From the NCBI GenBank assembly GCA_037446635.1, contig JBBIIG010000014.1, positions 16,294 through 80,293 of the forward strand: 64,000 bases of DNA, given 5' to 3'. This DNA is from a bacterium (GTDB taxonomy: Bacteria; Zhuqueibacterota; Zhuqueibacteria; Oceanimicrobiales; Oceanimicrobiaceae). The notes under the pieces are model-generated. The model was not told the DNA's origin. It ran no database searches and saw only the letters and a program-made list of their open reading frames with translations. A program made the translations under genes and the position numbers. The stretch's first letter is position 1; each line of letters starts with the position of its first letter. Positions 9,751-20,392 of this stretch are shown in pieces.

Positions 9751-10446
9751 TCAGAAAATCTCAGCTTTCAAAACTTCAGGTTTACAAATGGTGAGCGATT
9801 TTGTCGTGAAGTCGATGACGCTTTCCGCGCGCAGTTCGTTCAAAACCGTGGCGACGGTTTGGCGGCTGGCGCCGGTGAGGTGGGCGATTTCTTCCTGGGA
9901 GAGAAATTTGGGCACAGAGATTTGGCGATCCTTAACTGTGCCAAAGTCTTCCGCAAATCGCAGCAGAAAAATGATGATGCGCTGCCGCACATTTTTAAAA
10001 ATTAGATCTTCGATTTTCGACTCCACCTTGCGCAGCTTTAAGCCCATCAATTTGAGCATGCGCAGGTTGAGCTTTGGATTCTTTTCAAGAAACTTAATGA
10101 AGTCGTTTTTATTCATCGCACAAATCAGCACCTCGTCGAGCGCCTCGGCCATTTCGACGTAGATTTCTCCCTCATCTTCCGCCAGCGCCAACTCTCCAAA
10201 AATTTCGCCCGGTCCGATAACATCCAGAATCGTCTGGCGTCCCTCTGGAGAAAGCCGGGTGATCTTCACATGCCCGGTTTTTAGAAAATAAATATTCTTT
10301 GATTGCGCCTCCGGAAAATAAATGACGCTGTTTTTCCGAAGTTGGCTCATAGAAGTGCGTGCGGCGAGCGCCCTCAATTCCCTCTCGGACAATCCCTCAA
10401 GAATGTTGATGTTTTTTAGATACCAGAGTTTGGTTTTTTCTGACAT
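9751..10446 (-). CDS. Crp/Fnr-family transcriptional regulator
   Basis: cNMP-binding beta-barrel followed by a C-terminal HTH ('EEIAHLTGASRQTVATVLNELRAESVI'). Confidence 0.8.
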   Translation of the reverse strand: MSEKTKLWYLKNINILEGLSERELRALAARTSMSQLRKNSVIYFPEAQSKNIYFLKTGHVKITRLSPEGRQTILDVIGPGEIFGELALAEDEGEIYVEMAEALDEVLICAMNKNDFIKFLEKNPKLNLRMLKLMGLKLRKVESKIEDLIFKNVRQRIIIFLLRFAEDFGTVKDRQISVPKFLSQEEIAHLTGASRQTVATVLNELRAESVIDFTTKSLTICKPEVLKAEIF

Positions 10447-10621
10447 TATCTATCATTAAAGTTTTGCTCGCGCTTCTAATCAACATCGCGAACGAATTAA
10501 ATATTTCTGCTTTATCTGTTGCTGAACAGTTCTACGGAAGAAAAAGGGATTGAATTTTGTCATTAATATAGTAACTTTATGTAGCTAATGAAATAAGCTC
10601 TTAAATCGAGCGGAAAATCCA

Positions 10622-12943
10622 ATGCCCGCTTTTCGTTTGCCATCTCAAAAGAATTTCATTATACTCATTACCTCAGTATGTGTGATCGCCGTTCTTGTCG
10701 TGTTCGGCCGATCCATCTTCACGCCGTCCTCGGGTTCACATTCATTTTCAGCGGAGGCTTTGCCAGTGCAATCTGATTCCAGCAAATTTAAAAATACTAT
10801 TGAAGCCGTCATCCAGCGTCATCTCGCGGCTGGTGAAAAACCGAATCGGCTCATCCATGAAAAAAGTCCGTACTTGCTGCAGCACGCCTTTAATCCCGTG
10901 CATTGGTATCCGTGGGGCGAAGAAGCGTTCGAAAAAGCGCGCCGGGAAGATAAGCCGATTTTTCTGTCGATTGGATACTCCACTTGCTACTGGTGTCACG
11001 TGATGGAGCGAGAGGTGTTTGAAAACGACTCCCTCGCCGCGCTCATGAACCAGTACCTGGTGAGCATCAAAGTTGATCGCGAGGAGCGCCCGGACGTGGA
11101 CCGCGTTTACATGACAGCGCTGCAGGCCATGACCGGCAGCGGCGGCTGGCCCATGTCCATGTTTTTGACGTCGGATCTCAAGCCATTTTACGGCGCCACT
11201 TACATTCCACCGCACGCCAAGTGGGGGCGGCCCGGTTTCGGCGAAATCATCACCCGAATTCATGAGGTGTGGACCAGTAATCGCCAGGTCGTTTTGGAGA
11301 ACAGCCAGAAGATGGCGGATTACCTGAAGCAAGTGTCGATCCCCAAATTAGATGCGGCCAAAGCCGATCAGCTCGCGCTGCAGCGTGGGTTCGAGTCCTT
11401 TGCTGAAAGTTTTGATTCTGTCACCGCCGGCTTTGGCGGCGCCCCGAAATTTCCGCGGCCCGTGGCGTTCAATTTTCTTTTGCGCTACTACAGCCGAACT
11501 GGCGAGAAAAAAGCGCTCGACATGTCCCTGGCGACCCTCATTAATATGGCGAAAGGCGGCATGTACGATCACATCGGCGGCGGCTTTCACCGCTATGCCA
11601 CCGATGAGCGCTGGCACGTTCCCCACTTCGAAAAAATGTTGTACGATCAGGCGCAGTTGGCGATTTCTTATCTTGAGGCTTTTCAAATTACCAACGAGCC
11701 GTTTTACGCCGATGTCGCTCAGGATGTGCTGTCCTATGTCCAGCGCAACTTGACCCACTCCGAAGGCGGATTCTACTCCGCGGAAGATGCGGAGAGCGCC
11801 GTTGATCCCCAAAAGCCGCAGGAAAAGGAAGAGGGGGCGTTTTACGTTTGGACCAAAAGTGAAATCGACGAGCTCCTCTCGCCCGAGGAAGTCCGTTTGT
11901 TCGACTTTCATTTTGGTGTGAAAAACGACGGCAACGTGATCGCCGATCCCCATCAGGAATTTGTGGGAGAAAATATCCTCTATATTGCCCACACGCCGGA
12001 AGAGACGGCAAAGCAATTTAATATCTCAATCGATGAGGTGCTCGCCGCACTTTCGTCGGCACGGCAAAAATTATTTCAGGCCCGGGAAAAACGGCCGCGT
12101 CCCCATCTCGATGATAAGATTTTGGTGTCGTGGAACGGGCTGATGATTTCGGCGTTTGCGCGCGCGCATCAGGTTCTCGACGAGGTGAAATATCGTGACG
12201 CCGCGGAGCGCGCCGCGAAATTCATTTTGACGAAGTTGTATAATGAAAAGAAGAAGCAGCTTTTGCGGCGCTACCGCGCTGGCGAAGCCCGCTTCGACGC
12301 TCATCTCGAGGATTATGCGTTTTTGATTCAGGGACTAATCGATTTGTATGAATCTACATTTGACATACAGTGGTTGATGACAGCCATCGAATTGACCGAG
12401 CAACAAACCCAACTTTTTTATGATCAAGACGCGGGCGGATTTTTTGATACCTCAGGCGAAGACAAATCCATTCTCGTCCGCACCAAAGAATCGTACGACG
12501 GCGCGGAGCCCACCGGCAATTCCATTGCCATTTTGAATCTGCTGCGGTTGTCGCAAATGATCGACCGTCAGAAGTGGCGCGTGCTGGCAGAAAAATCGCT
12601 GGCTTATTTTGGCAGCCAGATGCTGAATATTCCGCAAGGGCTGGCGCAATTCTTGGTCGCACTTGATTTCAGTTTGTCGAAACCGAAACAGATTATCATT
12701 GCGGGAAAAGCCGACGATCCGCACACTGGCAACCTGCTGGCAGAGGTTCACAAGCGATTTATCCCCAACAAAATAATTTTGCTGGCCGATGGCGCGCAAG
12801 GCCAGAAAACGCTGGCTTCGTACGTTCCATTTATCGACAGTGTGCGAATGATCGATGGCAAGCCCACGGCGTATATTTGCGAAAATTATGCGTGCCAGTT
12901 GCCGACTTCTGATCCGCAAACAATGGTAAAATTGCTGCAATAA
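10622..12943 (+). CDS. thioredoxin-domain (DUF255/YyaL-like) protein with N-acylglucosamine-2-epimerase-like alpha-toroid, membrane-anchored
   Basis: '[43 protein letters not shown]' is the DUF255 signature. A long C-terminal (alpha/alpha)6-like region follows. N-terminal TM helix. Confidence 0.8.
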   Translation: MPAFRLPSQKNFIILITSVCVIAVLVVFGRSIFTPSSGSHSFSAEALPVQSDSSKFKNTIEAVIQRHLAAGEKPNRLIHEKSPYLLQHAFNPVHWYPWGEEAFEKARREDKPIFLSIGYSTCYWCHVMEREVFENDSLAALMNQYLVSIKVDREERPDVDRVYMTALQAMTGSGGWPMSMFLTSDLKPFYGATYIPPHAKWGRPGFGEIITRIHEVWTSNRQVVLENSQKMADYLKQVSIPKLDAAKADQLALQRGFESFAESFDSVTAGFGGAPKFPRPVAFNFLLRYYSRTGEKKALDMSLATLINMAKGGMYDHIGGGFHRYATDERWHVPHFEKMLYDQAQLAISYLEAFQITNEPFYADVAQDVLSYVQRNLTHSEGGFYSAEDAESAVDPQKPQEKEEGAFYVWTKSEIDELLSPEEVRLFDFHFGVKNDGNVIADPHQEFVGENILYIAHTPEETAKQFNISIDEVLAALSSARQKLFQAREKRPRPHLDDKILVSWNGLMISAFARAHQVLDEVKYRDAAERAAKFILTKLYNEKKKQLLRRYRAGEARFDAHLEDYAFLIQGLIDLYESTFDIQWLMTAIELTEQQTQLFYDQDAGGFFDTSGEDKSILVRTKESYDGAEPTGNSIAILNLLRLSQMIDRQKWRVLAEKSLAYFGSQMLNIPQGLAQFLVALDFSLSKPKQIIIAGKADDPHTGNLLAEVHKRFIPNKIILLADGAQGQKTLASYVPFIDSVRMIDGKPTAYICENYACQLPTSDPQTMVKLLQ

Positions 12944-13034
12944 ATAATAAAATTGGGAACTAAAGAAAAGCTGACGGATTAAAAAACACGTCAAACCAAT
13001 CAATTCAACATATCAAAATTTCAAGGAGGTAATC

Positions 13035-13517
13035 ATGAATCGTCCCCCGCGTCTATTGACTTGTTTGTTCAGCATGGTCGTTCTTCTCATGTTTGGCCTT
13101 GCCGCCGGCTTTACGCAGGAACACCCCGAACATCCGAAGCAGGAACATCCGAAAAAAGAGCACCCGAAGGCCGCCGTTAATATCACTAAAGAATCGCTGG
13201 CCGAAGCGATTGAAGGCTACATCCAAAAAGACACGGCTTTGAAAGGCGGCTTTTTCTGCGTTTATGATGCGCAGGCAAAAGCTCCGCTGGCGCTCAAGTT
13301 GGACAAAGTGCATCAGGACAAATTGGCGAAGGTGAGCGATGGCCTCTATTTCGCGTGCAGCGACTTCAAGACCGCCGACGGCAAAACCTACGATCTCGAT
13401 TTCTTTATGAAGGCCACCGACTCCGGGCTGGAAGTGAGTGAGGTGATGATCCACAAAGAAGCCGGCGTCGCCCGCTACGGCTGGGTGGAAGAAGGCGGCG
13501 TGTGGACGCGCAAATAA
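13035..13517 (+). CDS. secreted hypothetical protein with His-Pro-rich EHP(K) repeats
   Basis: Signal peptide followed by 'EHPEHPKQEHPKKEHPK'. No recognisable family. GGAGG RBS upstream. Confidence 0.5.
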   Translation: MNRPPRLLTCLFSMVVLLMFGLAAGFTQEHPEHPKQEHPKKEHPKAAVNITKESLAEAIEGYIQKDTALKGGFFCVYDAQAKAPLALKLDKVHQDKLAKVSDGLYFACSDFKTADGKTYDLDFFMKATDSGLEVSEVMIHKEAGVARYGWVEEGGVWTRK

Positions 13518-13667
13518 CGCTTTGCCTGAAAGAGTCGGCGTTAAGTGATTGGAGTGATGGAGCGTCCATCGTGAAGTGATAAAGGGGAGTAATGGAAAAA
13601 CAACGCATCAATCCATTAATCCAGCAATCCATCACTCCATTATATATTAACTTGGGAGAATAGCCGC

Positions 13668-14663
13668 TTGAACAAAATAACGCTTTTGCTTTTCATTAGC
13701 CTCGCCGGTGCCGCCGGTCTTCTTTCCTGCACAAAATCCCCCGCACATTCCAACGATTTGACGAGAAGAATTCAGTTCTCGTATGCCTTCACCGTGAAAA
13801 ACATCCCGCCAGATGCCAAGCGCGTTGACATCTGGGCGCCCGTTCCGCAATCGGATGCGTGGCAAAGCATTTCGAACCTCGAAGTTAGGTGCCAAGCTCC
13901 GTACTCGTTCGAGACCGAGCCGGAATATGGCAACTCGATTCTTCGGGTATCCGCGAATGGCAGCGTTCCCGACAGCCTTTCGGTGGTGATGAATTTTTCG
14001 GTGACGAGGACGGGCTACCACCTTTTGAAAGGCGAGGATGAATCTGTGGGGGCGGTTTCCGAAAAAATCCGCCAGCGTTTTCTCGCTCCGGATCGCTTGA
14101 TTCCCATCGACGGCAAAATCGCGGAGGAAGCAAAAAAAGTCGTGCGCGAGGACATGCCGCCGCTCGAAAAAGCCCGCGCCATTTATGATCACGTCGCCCG
14201 CACGCTCAAGTATGACAAAAGCGGCGCCGGCTGGGGCCTCGGGGACGCGCTCTACGCTTGTGATGTCCGCGCCGGCAATTGTACCGATTTCCATTCGCTG
14301 TTTATCGGCATGGCGCGCGCCAGCGGCATCCCCGCGCGTTTTGTGATTGGATTTCCGCTGCCGGAAGATGCGGCCGTAGGCGAGATTCCCGGCTATCATT
14401 GCTGGGCGGAATTTTATATCGATGGCAGGGGATGGCTGCCGGTGGATGCTTCGGAAGCTAGCAAACATCCGGAAAAATGGCATGATCTCTTCGGCGGTCT
14501 CGATCCTCACCGTGTCCAGTTCACAGTTGGCCGCGACATTCAAATCCCGTCTTTAGCTCAGTCTGAGCCCCTCAATTATCTCATTTATCCCTATGTGCTG
14601 ATCGATGGCCAGCCACATGAGAAGGTAGAGCGGCAGTTCCGGTTTTCGGAGTTGACGAATTGA
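13668..14663 (+). CDS. transglutaminase-like cysteine protease superfamily lipoprotein
   Basis: Lipobox LLSC. Transglutaminase-core triad context 'GNCTDFHSLFIGMARASGIPARFVIGF...GYHCWAEFYIDGRGWLPVDASE'. TTG start. Confidence 0.7.
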   Translation: MNKITLLLFISLAGAAGLLSCTKSPAHSNDLTRRIQFSYAFTVKNIPPDAKRVDIWAPVPQSDAWQSISNLEVRCQAPYSFETEPEYGNSILRVSANGSVPDSLSVVMNFSVTRTGYHLLKGEDESVGAVSEKIRQRFLAPDRLIPIDGKIAEEAKKVVREDMPPLEKARAIYDHVARTLKYDKSGAGWGLGDALYACDVRAGNCTDFHSLFIGMARASGIPARFVIGFPLPEDAAVGEIPGYHCWAEFYIDGRGWLPVDASEASKHPEKWHDLFGGLDPHRVQFTVGRDIQIPSLAQSEPLNYLIYPYVLIDGQPHEKVERQFRFSELTN

Positions 14664-14675
14664 ACGCGGAGTGAA

Positions 14676-15425
14676 TTGTTGACATCAAAAAAAATCACCC
14701 TGACGGCGCTCCGAAAAGCGCTGCGCCAGGTTGCGGAAAAAGAGCGGGTGCCGGTGCTCATGCGCTTTTTCAAAACCGGAAAAGGAGAATACGGCTACGG
14801 CGATGTTTTTTTAGGCGTCACGGTGCCGAACAGCCGCAAGGTCGCCAAGCAATTCGCTGCCCTTTCATTTCCCGATCTCGAGACACTGCTGCACTCGAAA
14901 TTCCACGAGGAGCGGCTTGTGGCTTTGCTGATTTTGGTTAAAAAATTTGCTCGTGCGGATGAGTCAACGAAGAAGCAGATATACCAGTTCTATCTCGCAG
15001 AGACAAAATGGATAAACAATTGGGATTTAGTCGATCTTTCTGCCGAATACATCATCGGGGAATATTTGCTTTCACATCCGGCGGAAAATGGGGGCATACT
15101 CGCTGAGCTCGCCGTTTCGCCCAATCTTTGGGAGCGGCGCATTGCGGTGCTTTCGACCTTCGCTTTCATCAAAGCCGGCCGGGCAGAAGAGACGATGCGC
15201 ATCGCGGAGATGTTGCTCTCTGATAAGCATGATCTCATTCACAAAGCCGTTGGCTGGATGCTGCGCGAAGTGGGCAAGCGTGTTTCGAAAGAAGAAGAAA
15301 AGAAGTTTCTCGATGCTCATGCGCACCGCATGCCGCGCACCATGCTGCGCTACGCCATCGAGCATTTCCCAGAGTCTGTGCGCAGAAAGTACCTGTCCAT
15401 GAAAGCGGCCAGAGCTTCCAACTAA
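14676..15425 (+). CDS. DNA alkylation repair protein (AlkD/AlkC-like HEAT-repeat family)
   Basis: 'VPVLMRFFKTGKGEYGYGDVFLGVTVPNSRKVAKQF ... WDLVDLSAEYIIGEY' is typical of the PF08713 family. TTG start. Confidence 0.65.
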   Translation: MLTSKKITLTALRKALRQVAEKERVPVLMRFFKTGKGEYGYGDVFLGVTVPNSRKVAKQFAALSFPDLETLLHSKFHEERLVALLILVKKFARADESTKKQIYQFYLAETKWINNWDLVDLSAEYIIGEYLLSHPAENGGILAELAVSPNLWERRIAVLSTFAFIKAGRAEETMRIAEMLLSDKHDLIHKAVGWMLREVGKRVSKEEEKKFLDAHAHRMPRTMLRYAIEHFPESVRRKYLSMKAARASN

Positions 15426-15680
15426 TCTCATTCGCACCAATAGACAAATAAACCCGATATTTCGATCCCCCTGAAATATCGGATTCTACCTCGATTTTTT
15501 CCCTCAACTAATCCTTATTTCAAAGCCCCGTAAGTTTCTTTATCAACATCCGTTTGTAATTCCAAGCAGGCGGCTGTTTTTATTTTGGCACAGCGCTTGT
15601 TTAATCCTGAGCCGTCGACAAACTCAGTTTTGGCTAATTAGCTGTACAATTTACAAACCTTGAAAATAAGGAGAACAATT

Positions 15681-16169
15681 AATGAAAAAATTAACCCTTT
15701 TCTCGGCCATTTTTTTTCACTGCGCTGACGCTCGCGATGGCCGGCTCGGTTTTTACCGTTCAAATGACGAAGTCGGAAACGCGCAGTAATATCGAACGCT
15801 ACAATCTCGATGACACCCGCATTGCGCTGGCCGACTACAGCCCGGTTTCCCATTTCGAAAAAAGGCAAAACCGAGCGCGGCAAGAAGGAATTCAAAGCCG
15901 AGCATCGCGGCATCAAGTACTACTATTTCACCAGCGAGGCTCAGCGGCAGAAATTTCTGAATAACCCCGAAAAGTACGAGCCGGCGTTTGGCGGCGGAGT
16001 CGAATTGAGCTTGGCCGGAAATCAGGTTTTTCAACGGGCAAAAAGCGGCGACACCAGCGGCGTCTTTTCCGTGGTGGAGCTGGTTTCTCGGCCGGGAACT
16101 GGAGTTTATTTTGTCCAACTGGACACCACCAAACAGACCATCGTTCGTCAAGTCACTTTGCAAAAATAA
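15681..16169 (+). pseudogene. secreted YHS-domain protein disrupted by two single-base homopolymer frameshifts (T8 run at about 15712-15719, A6 run at about 15853-15858)
   Basis: Frame 0 (MKKLTLFSAIFF...) switches to frame 2 at the T-run and back to frame 0 at the A-run. Removing one base from each run gives a continuous 162-aa protein with a signal peptide and 'DYSPVSHFEKGKTERGKKEFKAEHRGIKYYYFTSEAQRQKFLNNPEKY', which matches the YHS-domain signature. A strong terminator follows at about 16233-16272. Confidence 0.55.
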
Positions 16170-16232
16170 CCCGCCAATAGATTTCAAATCATCTCATGAA
16201 GGCGCGCCTGCCTTCTGAGTTTCTGATTTTCA

Positions 16233-16272
16233 AGCCCCCGGAGGCAGCAAGTCTTCGGGGGTTTTTATTTCA
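16233..16272 (+). terminator. rho-independent terminator
   Basis: GC-rich hairpin 'gcccccggagg-cagcaagt-cttcgggggt' followed by 'ttttattt'. Confidence 0.6.
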
Positions 16273-16473
16273 CCCAATCTTCACCTGCCCTTAAGTGAAT
16301 TGTAACTCTCCGAGTCTATATTTTTCTCGCGAAATTAGTTTTGAAAAATTAGACGCGAACACCAGCGACGGACACTTTACTGAAAATTTACTCATTCTTA
16401 AGAAATGTGTAACACGGTAATGTTAAGTATGAACACAAGAATTTCAATTACAGATTCCGAGGCCCTCGACCTG

Positions 16474-17169
16474 ATGACGAAGCGCATTTTAATTGTTGAA
16501 GACGAAGCGGATATCAATATGCTGATCAACCAGCATCTTAGTAATTCCGGTTTCGAGGTGGACTCTGTGTACGATGGGTTCCAGGCGTTGGAAGCTGTGG
16601 AATACGGCCGCTTGGATCTGGTGGTGCTTGACATATTATTGCCCGGAATAGATGGCTGGGAAGTGTGCCAGTTTTTGCGGAAGTCGCACACTACCGTGAA
16701 TGTGCCAATCGTGTTTCTTTCGGCGCTCAACAGCGAAGTGGAGCGCATCAAGGGGTTTGATCTGGGCGGCGACGATTATTTAGTCAAACCGTTTTCGCCG
16801 CGCGAGTTGGTGTCGCGAATCAAAGCGGTGCTCAAGCGCAGCGAAAACGGCGCCGCGGGAAAAAACCTGCACAGCGTCGGCGATTTGAACATCGATGATT
16901 TAAAGCATCAGGTGAATGTGGACGGCAGGCACCTTCATTTGACCGGCAGTGAATTTCTGCTTCTTCATCTACTAATCTCACATGAAGGCAGAGTCTTTTC
17001 GCGCCAGGAACTACTTGATGCCATTGGCGGCGAAAATCAAGTTTTGGAGTATGGCAACGTTGATGTGCACGTTCATAACATCCGCCAAAAAATCGAAAAA
17101 AATCCCAAACAGCCGCAATACATTCAAACGGTTTGGGGCGTGGGTTATCGCTTCAGAAATTCCAAATGA
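16474..17169 (+). CDS. OmpR/PhoB-family response regulator (REC + winged-helix), no cognate histidine kinase adjacent
   Basis: 'RILIVEDEADINMLINQHL', a phosphoacceptor-region 'LDLVVLDILLPGIDGWEV' and a C-terminal trans_reg_C ('IQTVWGVGYRF'). The longest ORF begins at 16405. Confidence 0.8.
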   Translation: MTKRILIVEDEADINMLINQHLSNSGFEVDSVYDGFQALEAVEYGRLDLVVLDILLPGIDGWEVCQFLRKSHTTVNVPIVFLSALNSEVERIKGFDLGGDDYLVKPFSPRELVSRIKAVLKRSENGAAGKNLHSVGDLNIDDLKHQVNVDGRHLHLTGSEFLLLHLLISHEGRVFSRQELLDAIGGENQVLEYGNVDVHVHNIRQKIEKNPKQPQYIQTVWGVGYRFRNSK

Positions 17170-17190
17170 GCTTAAATAAGGAGTTGTGCT

Positions 17191-17460
17191 ATGAATGTAG
17201 TAATAAAGCGCTTGCAAATTTTTTCAGCCAGCGTTTCGCACCAGTCGCAATGGCAGTTAGTGCTGACCACGATGGCGCATTCATTCTGGCTGCTTGCGAA
17301 GAGCCTCAAGATCGTGGCGATTTTGCACAAGGAGATGTTTGACTATTTGCTTGGCCGCATGGATTCGGGCATTGTCATGAAACGCAATATCTTCAATCGT
17401 TATGGGACCTGGTTCGTGGATATTCGCGAACTGATTCATGAGGAAATGGGAGTGAAATAA
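17191..17460 (+). CDS. small hypothetical protein
   Basis: 89-aa ORF with AAGGAG 6 nt upstream. No family recognised. Confidence 0.35.
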   Translation: MNVVIKRLQIFSASVSHQSQWQLVLTTMAHSFWLLAKSLKIVAILHKEMFDYLLGRMDSGIVMKRNIFNRYGTWFVDIRELIHEEMGVK

Positions 17461-17495
17461 ATTCTTTCAAAACTAAAACTCGAGGTGAAGTAAGA

Positions 17496-20360
17496 ATGAA
17501 AGTGATCAAAATGTTTTTTGCCGTGGGTGTGATTGTTGTGGTTAGCAGTACTTCGGTGTTCGCGAATGGTTACGCGCGCATCACTGGCACGCTGGTCGAT
17601 GCCGAAACCGGCGAGCCGCTGATTGGCGCCAACGTGTTTTTGGAAAACACCACCATCGGCGCCGCCAGCGATCTCGAAGGCCGCTTTACCATCGCCAAAA
17701 TTCCTTCCGGAAATTACACGGTGGTGGTTTCCATTATTGGCTATTCCACCCGCAAGCTGGCCGATGTTAAAATCGTTGCCGGGGAAACAGTCACTCTTAA
17801 TTTGGCGTTGACGCCGGAAGCCGTTGCCACCGCGGACGTGATTGTCACCGCTGCACTGTTAACCAACACCGAGGCCTCGCTTCTGCGGCAGCGCCAGAAA
17901 TCCATTGCCGTTAGCGACGCCATCAGCGCCGAGGCGATTTCGCGTTCGGCGAGCGGATCGGCTGCCGATGCTATGGAGCAGGTGACTGGCGCCTCCATCG
18001 TCGATGGGCGATACATTTACGTGCGCGGTCTCGGCGATCGTTATATGAACACTCAGCTCAACGGCACGCTTCTCCCCAGCGCCGATCCCAACCGCAACAC
18101 GGTTGCGATGGATTTGTTTCCCGCAAAGTTTATCGAGAACATCGTCACCACCAAAACCTTCACGCCGGACAAACCCGGCAACTTCACCGGCGGCAGTGTA
18201 AACATCACCACCAAGTCGTTTCCCGAGCGCTTCTCCATGTCCTTTTCGGCCTCGTCTGCGTTCAATACTCAGACCTCACTGAAAAGCGGACTGACTTATC
18301 CCGGCGGCGATTTAGATTGGCTGGGATTCGATGATGGCACCCGCGATATTCCAGATCCGCTGACGGATCCGAACGTCGTGATCCCGAACATTGGTTCAGC
18401 GTTTACTAATCGCGAACAAGCGTTGGAGTTGGATCGGCTATCAAAGGCATTCAATCCGGTTATGTCGGTCTCCTCAAAAGACGCGCCGGTGGATCAAAGC
18501 TACGCTTTTTCAGTGGGAAACCAGTTGAGTTTGTTGGGCAAGCCGCTGGGATTTTTTATGAGCCTCAGTTACAATCGCAGCTTTTCTTCCTATCATGATG
18601 GACTCACGGCGCAATACAATTTGAGCGGCAAAGTGGCCGAGGTTAACGAGCTGACGAACCTGTTGGAGTTGAACGACTCCAAGAGTTCGGAAGAGGTGTT
18701 GTGGGGCGGTTTGGCCAGCCTCTCTTTCAAGCCCAGCGCCAGCCACAGCCTTCAGGCCAACTTCACCTACAATCGCACTGGTGAATCGCAGGCGCGTTAT
18801 CAAGTCGGTTCGATGCCGCGCGACCTTGCCCCCGGGACGTTTTACGAAACGCGTGTTTTGAAATGGGTCGAGCGCGACCTGCGCTCATTGCAGTTTAGCG
18901 GCGATCACTATTTCAAGAGTCTCTTGAATATGCGGGTGGATTGGGCCAGCTCGCTCACCGGCTCCAAGCAGGATGAGCCAGACCTGCGCTTCTTCAGCAA
19001 CGACTTTACGCCCTCCGTTCGCCAGGGACGAGATACGACCTTCTACGCCATTTCGGTGTCAAACTATTCGCGCCCCGTGCGTTATTACCGCAACCTCGAG
19101 GAAAATATTTGGGACTCGTATCTCAACATTTCCATTCCATTCAAGCAATGGAGCGGTTTGGGCAGCTCGTTCAAATTTGGCGGCGCTTACGGATTGAAAG
19201 ATCGCACCTTTCGCGAGCGGCGCTACGAATATTTTCAATCATCCATTCGCTACAGCGGCGATCCGGAATCGTTTTTCGCCCCAGAAAATGTCGGCATCGT
19301 TGACAGCACCTCGGGCCGGTTCTACCGGTTTGGCAACTACATTGTGGACGCGACTCAGCCCTCCAGCAACTACGATGGCGAACAGGATATTTACGCTGCT
19401 TTTGCCATGATCGATATGCCACTGCTCCGGCGGCTGCGGCTGATCACCGGCTTGCGGTATGAGACGACGCGCATCGAGGTTGCGAGTCAGGATGCCAGCA
19501 AACAAGCAGGCCAGCTTTCAACAAACGATATCTTGCCGGCCACAAACTTGATTTTTCAATTGACTGAAAATATGAACCTGCGCGCGGCGTACGGCCGGAC
19601 TTTGGCGCGCCCGACATTCCGCGAGTTGGCGCCATTCGCTTCTTTCGATTTTATTGGCGATTTCATTTTCGTCGGCAATGCCAATCTCGAACGCACGCTC
19701 ATCGACAACTTCGACCTGCGCTGGGAATGGTTCTCGCGCCCCGGCGAGATTTTTGCGGTCAGTGGATTCTACAAGAATTTCAAAAATCCCATCGAGCGTG
19801 CCATTGTCTCCAACAACAACAACGGACAATTTCAAAATGTTGACAACGCGCGCGTGATTGGGCTGGAATTTGAGCTGCGCAAGCGCCTCGATCAGATTCA
19901 CCCGATTTTGAGCAACTTTCAAATCGGCGGCAATTTCACTCTCATAAATTCGCGAGTGGATATCCCGCAAAAAGAGCTGTTGCCCATTCTCGCGCTCGAC
20001 CCGAATGCCTCGCATCAGCGCCCATTGCAGGGGCAGTCGCCGTACGTTCTGAACCTCGACCTCGGTTACGACAACAACGCCACGGGCACGGCGGTAAGCG
20101 TGTTCTACAATCTGTTTGGCAGGCGCTTGTCCGAAGTCAGTCTCGGCGGCACACCTAATGTGTTCGAGCAAGCGCGCAGCACGCTGGACGTCACGCTTTC
20201 GCAGAAAATCTGGAAAGGGTTCGCATTGAGAGCTTCCGCAAAGAACCTGCTCGATACCAGTGTTCGCAAGTCACACGCTTATAAAGGCCAGGAGTTTGTG
20301 GTTTCCGAGTACAAGTTGGGGCGCACCTTGTCATTTGGAACAAGCTTCAGTATTAATTGA
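17496..20360 (+). CDS. TonB-dependent outer-membrane receptor with N-terminal CarboxypepD_reg domain
   Basis: Signal peptide. 'ITGTLVDAETGEPLIGANVFLENTTIGAASDLEGRFTIAKIPSGNYTVVVSIIGYSTRK' is a CarboxypepD_reg domain. The plug region ('DGRYIYVRGLGDRYMNTQLNGTLLPSADP') and a C-terminal beta-barrel ending 'TLSFGTSFSIN' follow. Confidence 0.8.
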   Translation: MKVIKMFFAVGVIVVVSSTSVFANGYARITGTLVDAETGEPLIGANVFLENTTIGAASDLEGRFTIAKIPSGNYTVVVSIIGYSTRKLADVKIVAGETVTLNLALTPEAVATADVIVTAALLTNTEASLLRQRQKSIAVSDAISAEAISRSASGSAADAMEQVTGASIVDGRYIYVRGLGDRYMNTQLNGTLLPSADPNRNTVAMDLFPAKFIENIVTTKTFTPDKPGNFTGGSVNITTKSFPERFSMSFSASSAFNTQTSLKSGLTYPGGDLDWLGFDDGTRDIPDPLTDPNVVIPNIGSAFTNREQALELDRLSKAFNPVMSVSSKDAPVDQSYAFSVGNQLSLLGKPLGFFMSLSYNRSFSSYHDGLTAQYNLSGKVAEVNELTNLLELNDSKSSEEVLWGGLASLSFKPSASHSLQANFTYNRTGESQARYQVGSMPRDLAPGTFYETRVLKWVERDLRSLQFSGDHYFKSLLNMRVDWASSLTGSKQDEPDLRFFSNDFTPSVRQGRDTTFYAISVSNYSRPVRYYRNLEENIWDSYLNISIPFKQWSGLGSSFKFGGAYGLKDRTFRERRYEYFQSSIRYSGDPESFFAPENVGIVDSTSGRFYRFGNYIVDATQPSSNYDGEQDIYAAFAMIDMPLLRRLRLITGLRYETTRIEVASQDASKQAGQLSTNDILPATNLIFQLTENMNLRAAYGRTLARPTFRELAPFASFDFIGDFIFVGNANLERTLIDNFDLRWEWFSRPGEIFAVSGFYKNFKNPIERAIVSNNNNGQFQNVDNARVIGLEFELRKRLDQIHPILSNFQIGGNFTLINSRVDIPQKELLPILALDPNASHQRPLQGQSPYVLNLDLGYDNNATGTAVSVFYNLFGRRLSEVSLGGTPNVFEQARSTLDVTLSQKIWKGFALRASAKNLLDTSVRKSHAYKGQEFVVSEYKLGRTLSFGTSFSIN

Positions 20361-20392
20361 GGCACTCAAGGATTATCAATAGGTGAACCAAC

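Noticed and set aside
19518-20171. 217-aa minus-strand ORF
   Set aside because: Antisense to the TonB-dependent receptor gene, which has clear plug and barrel motifs on the plus strand.
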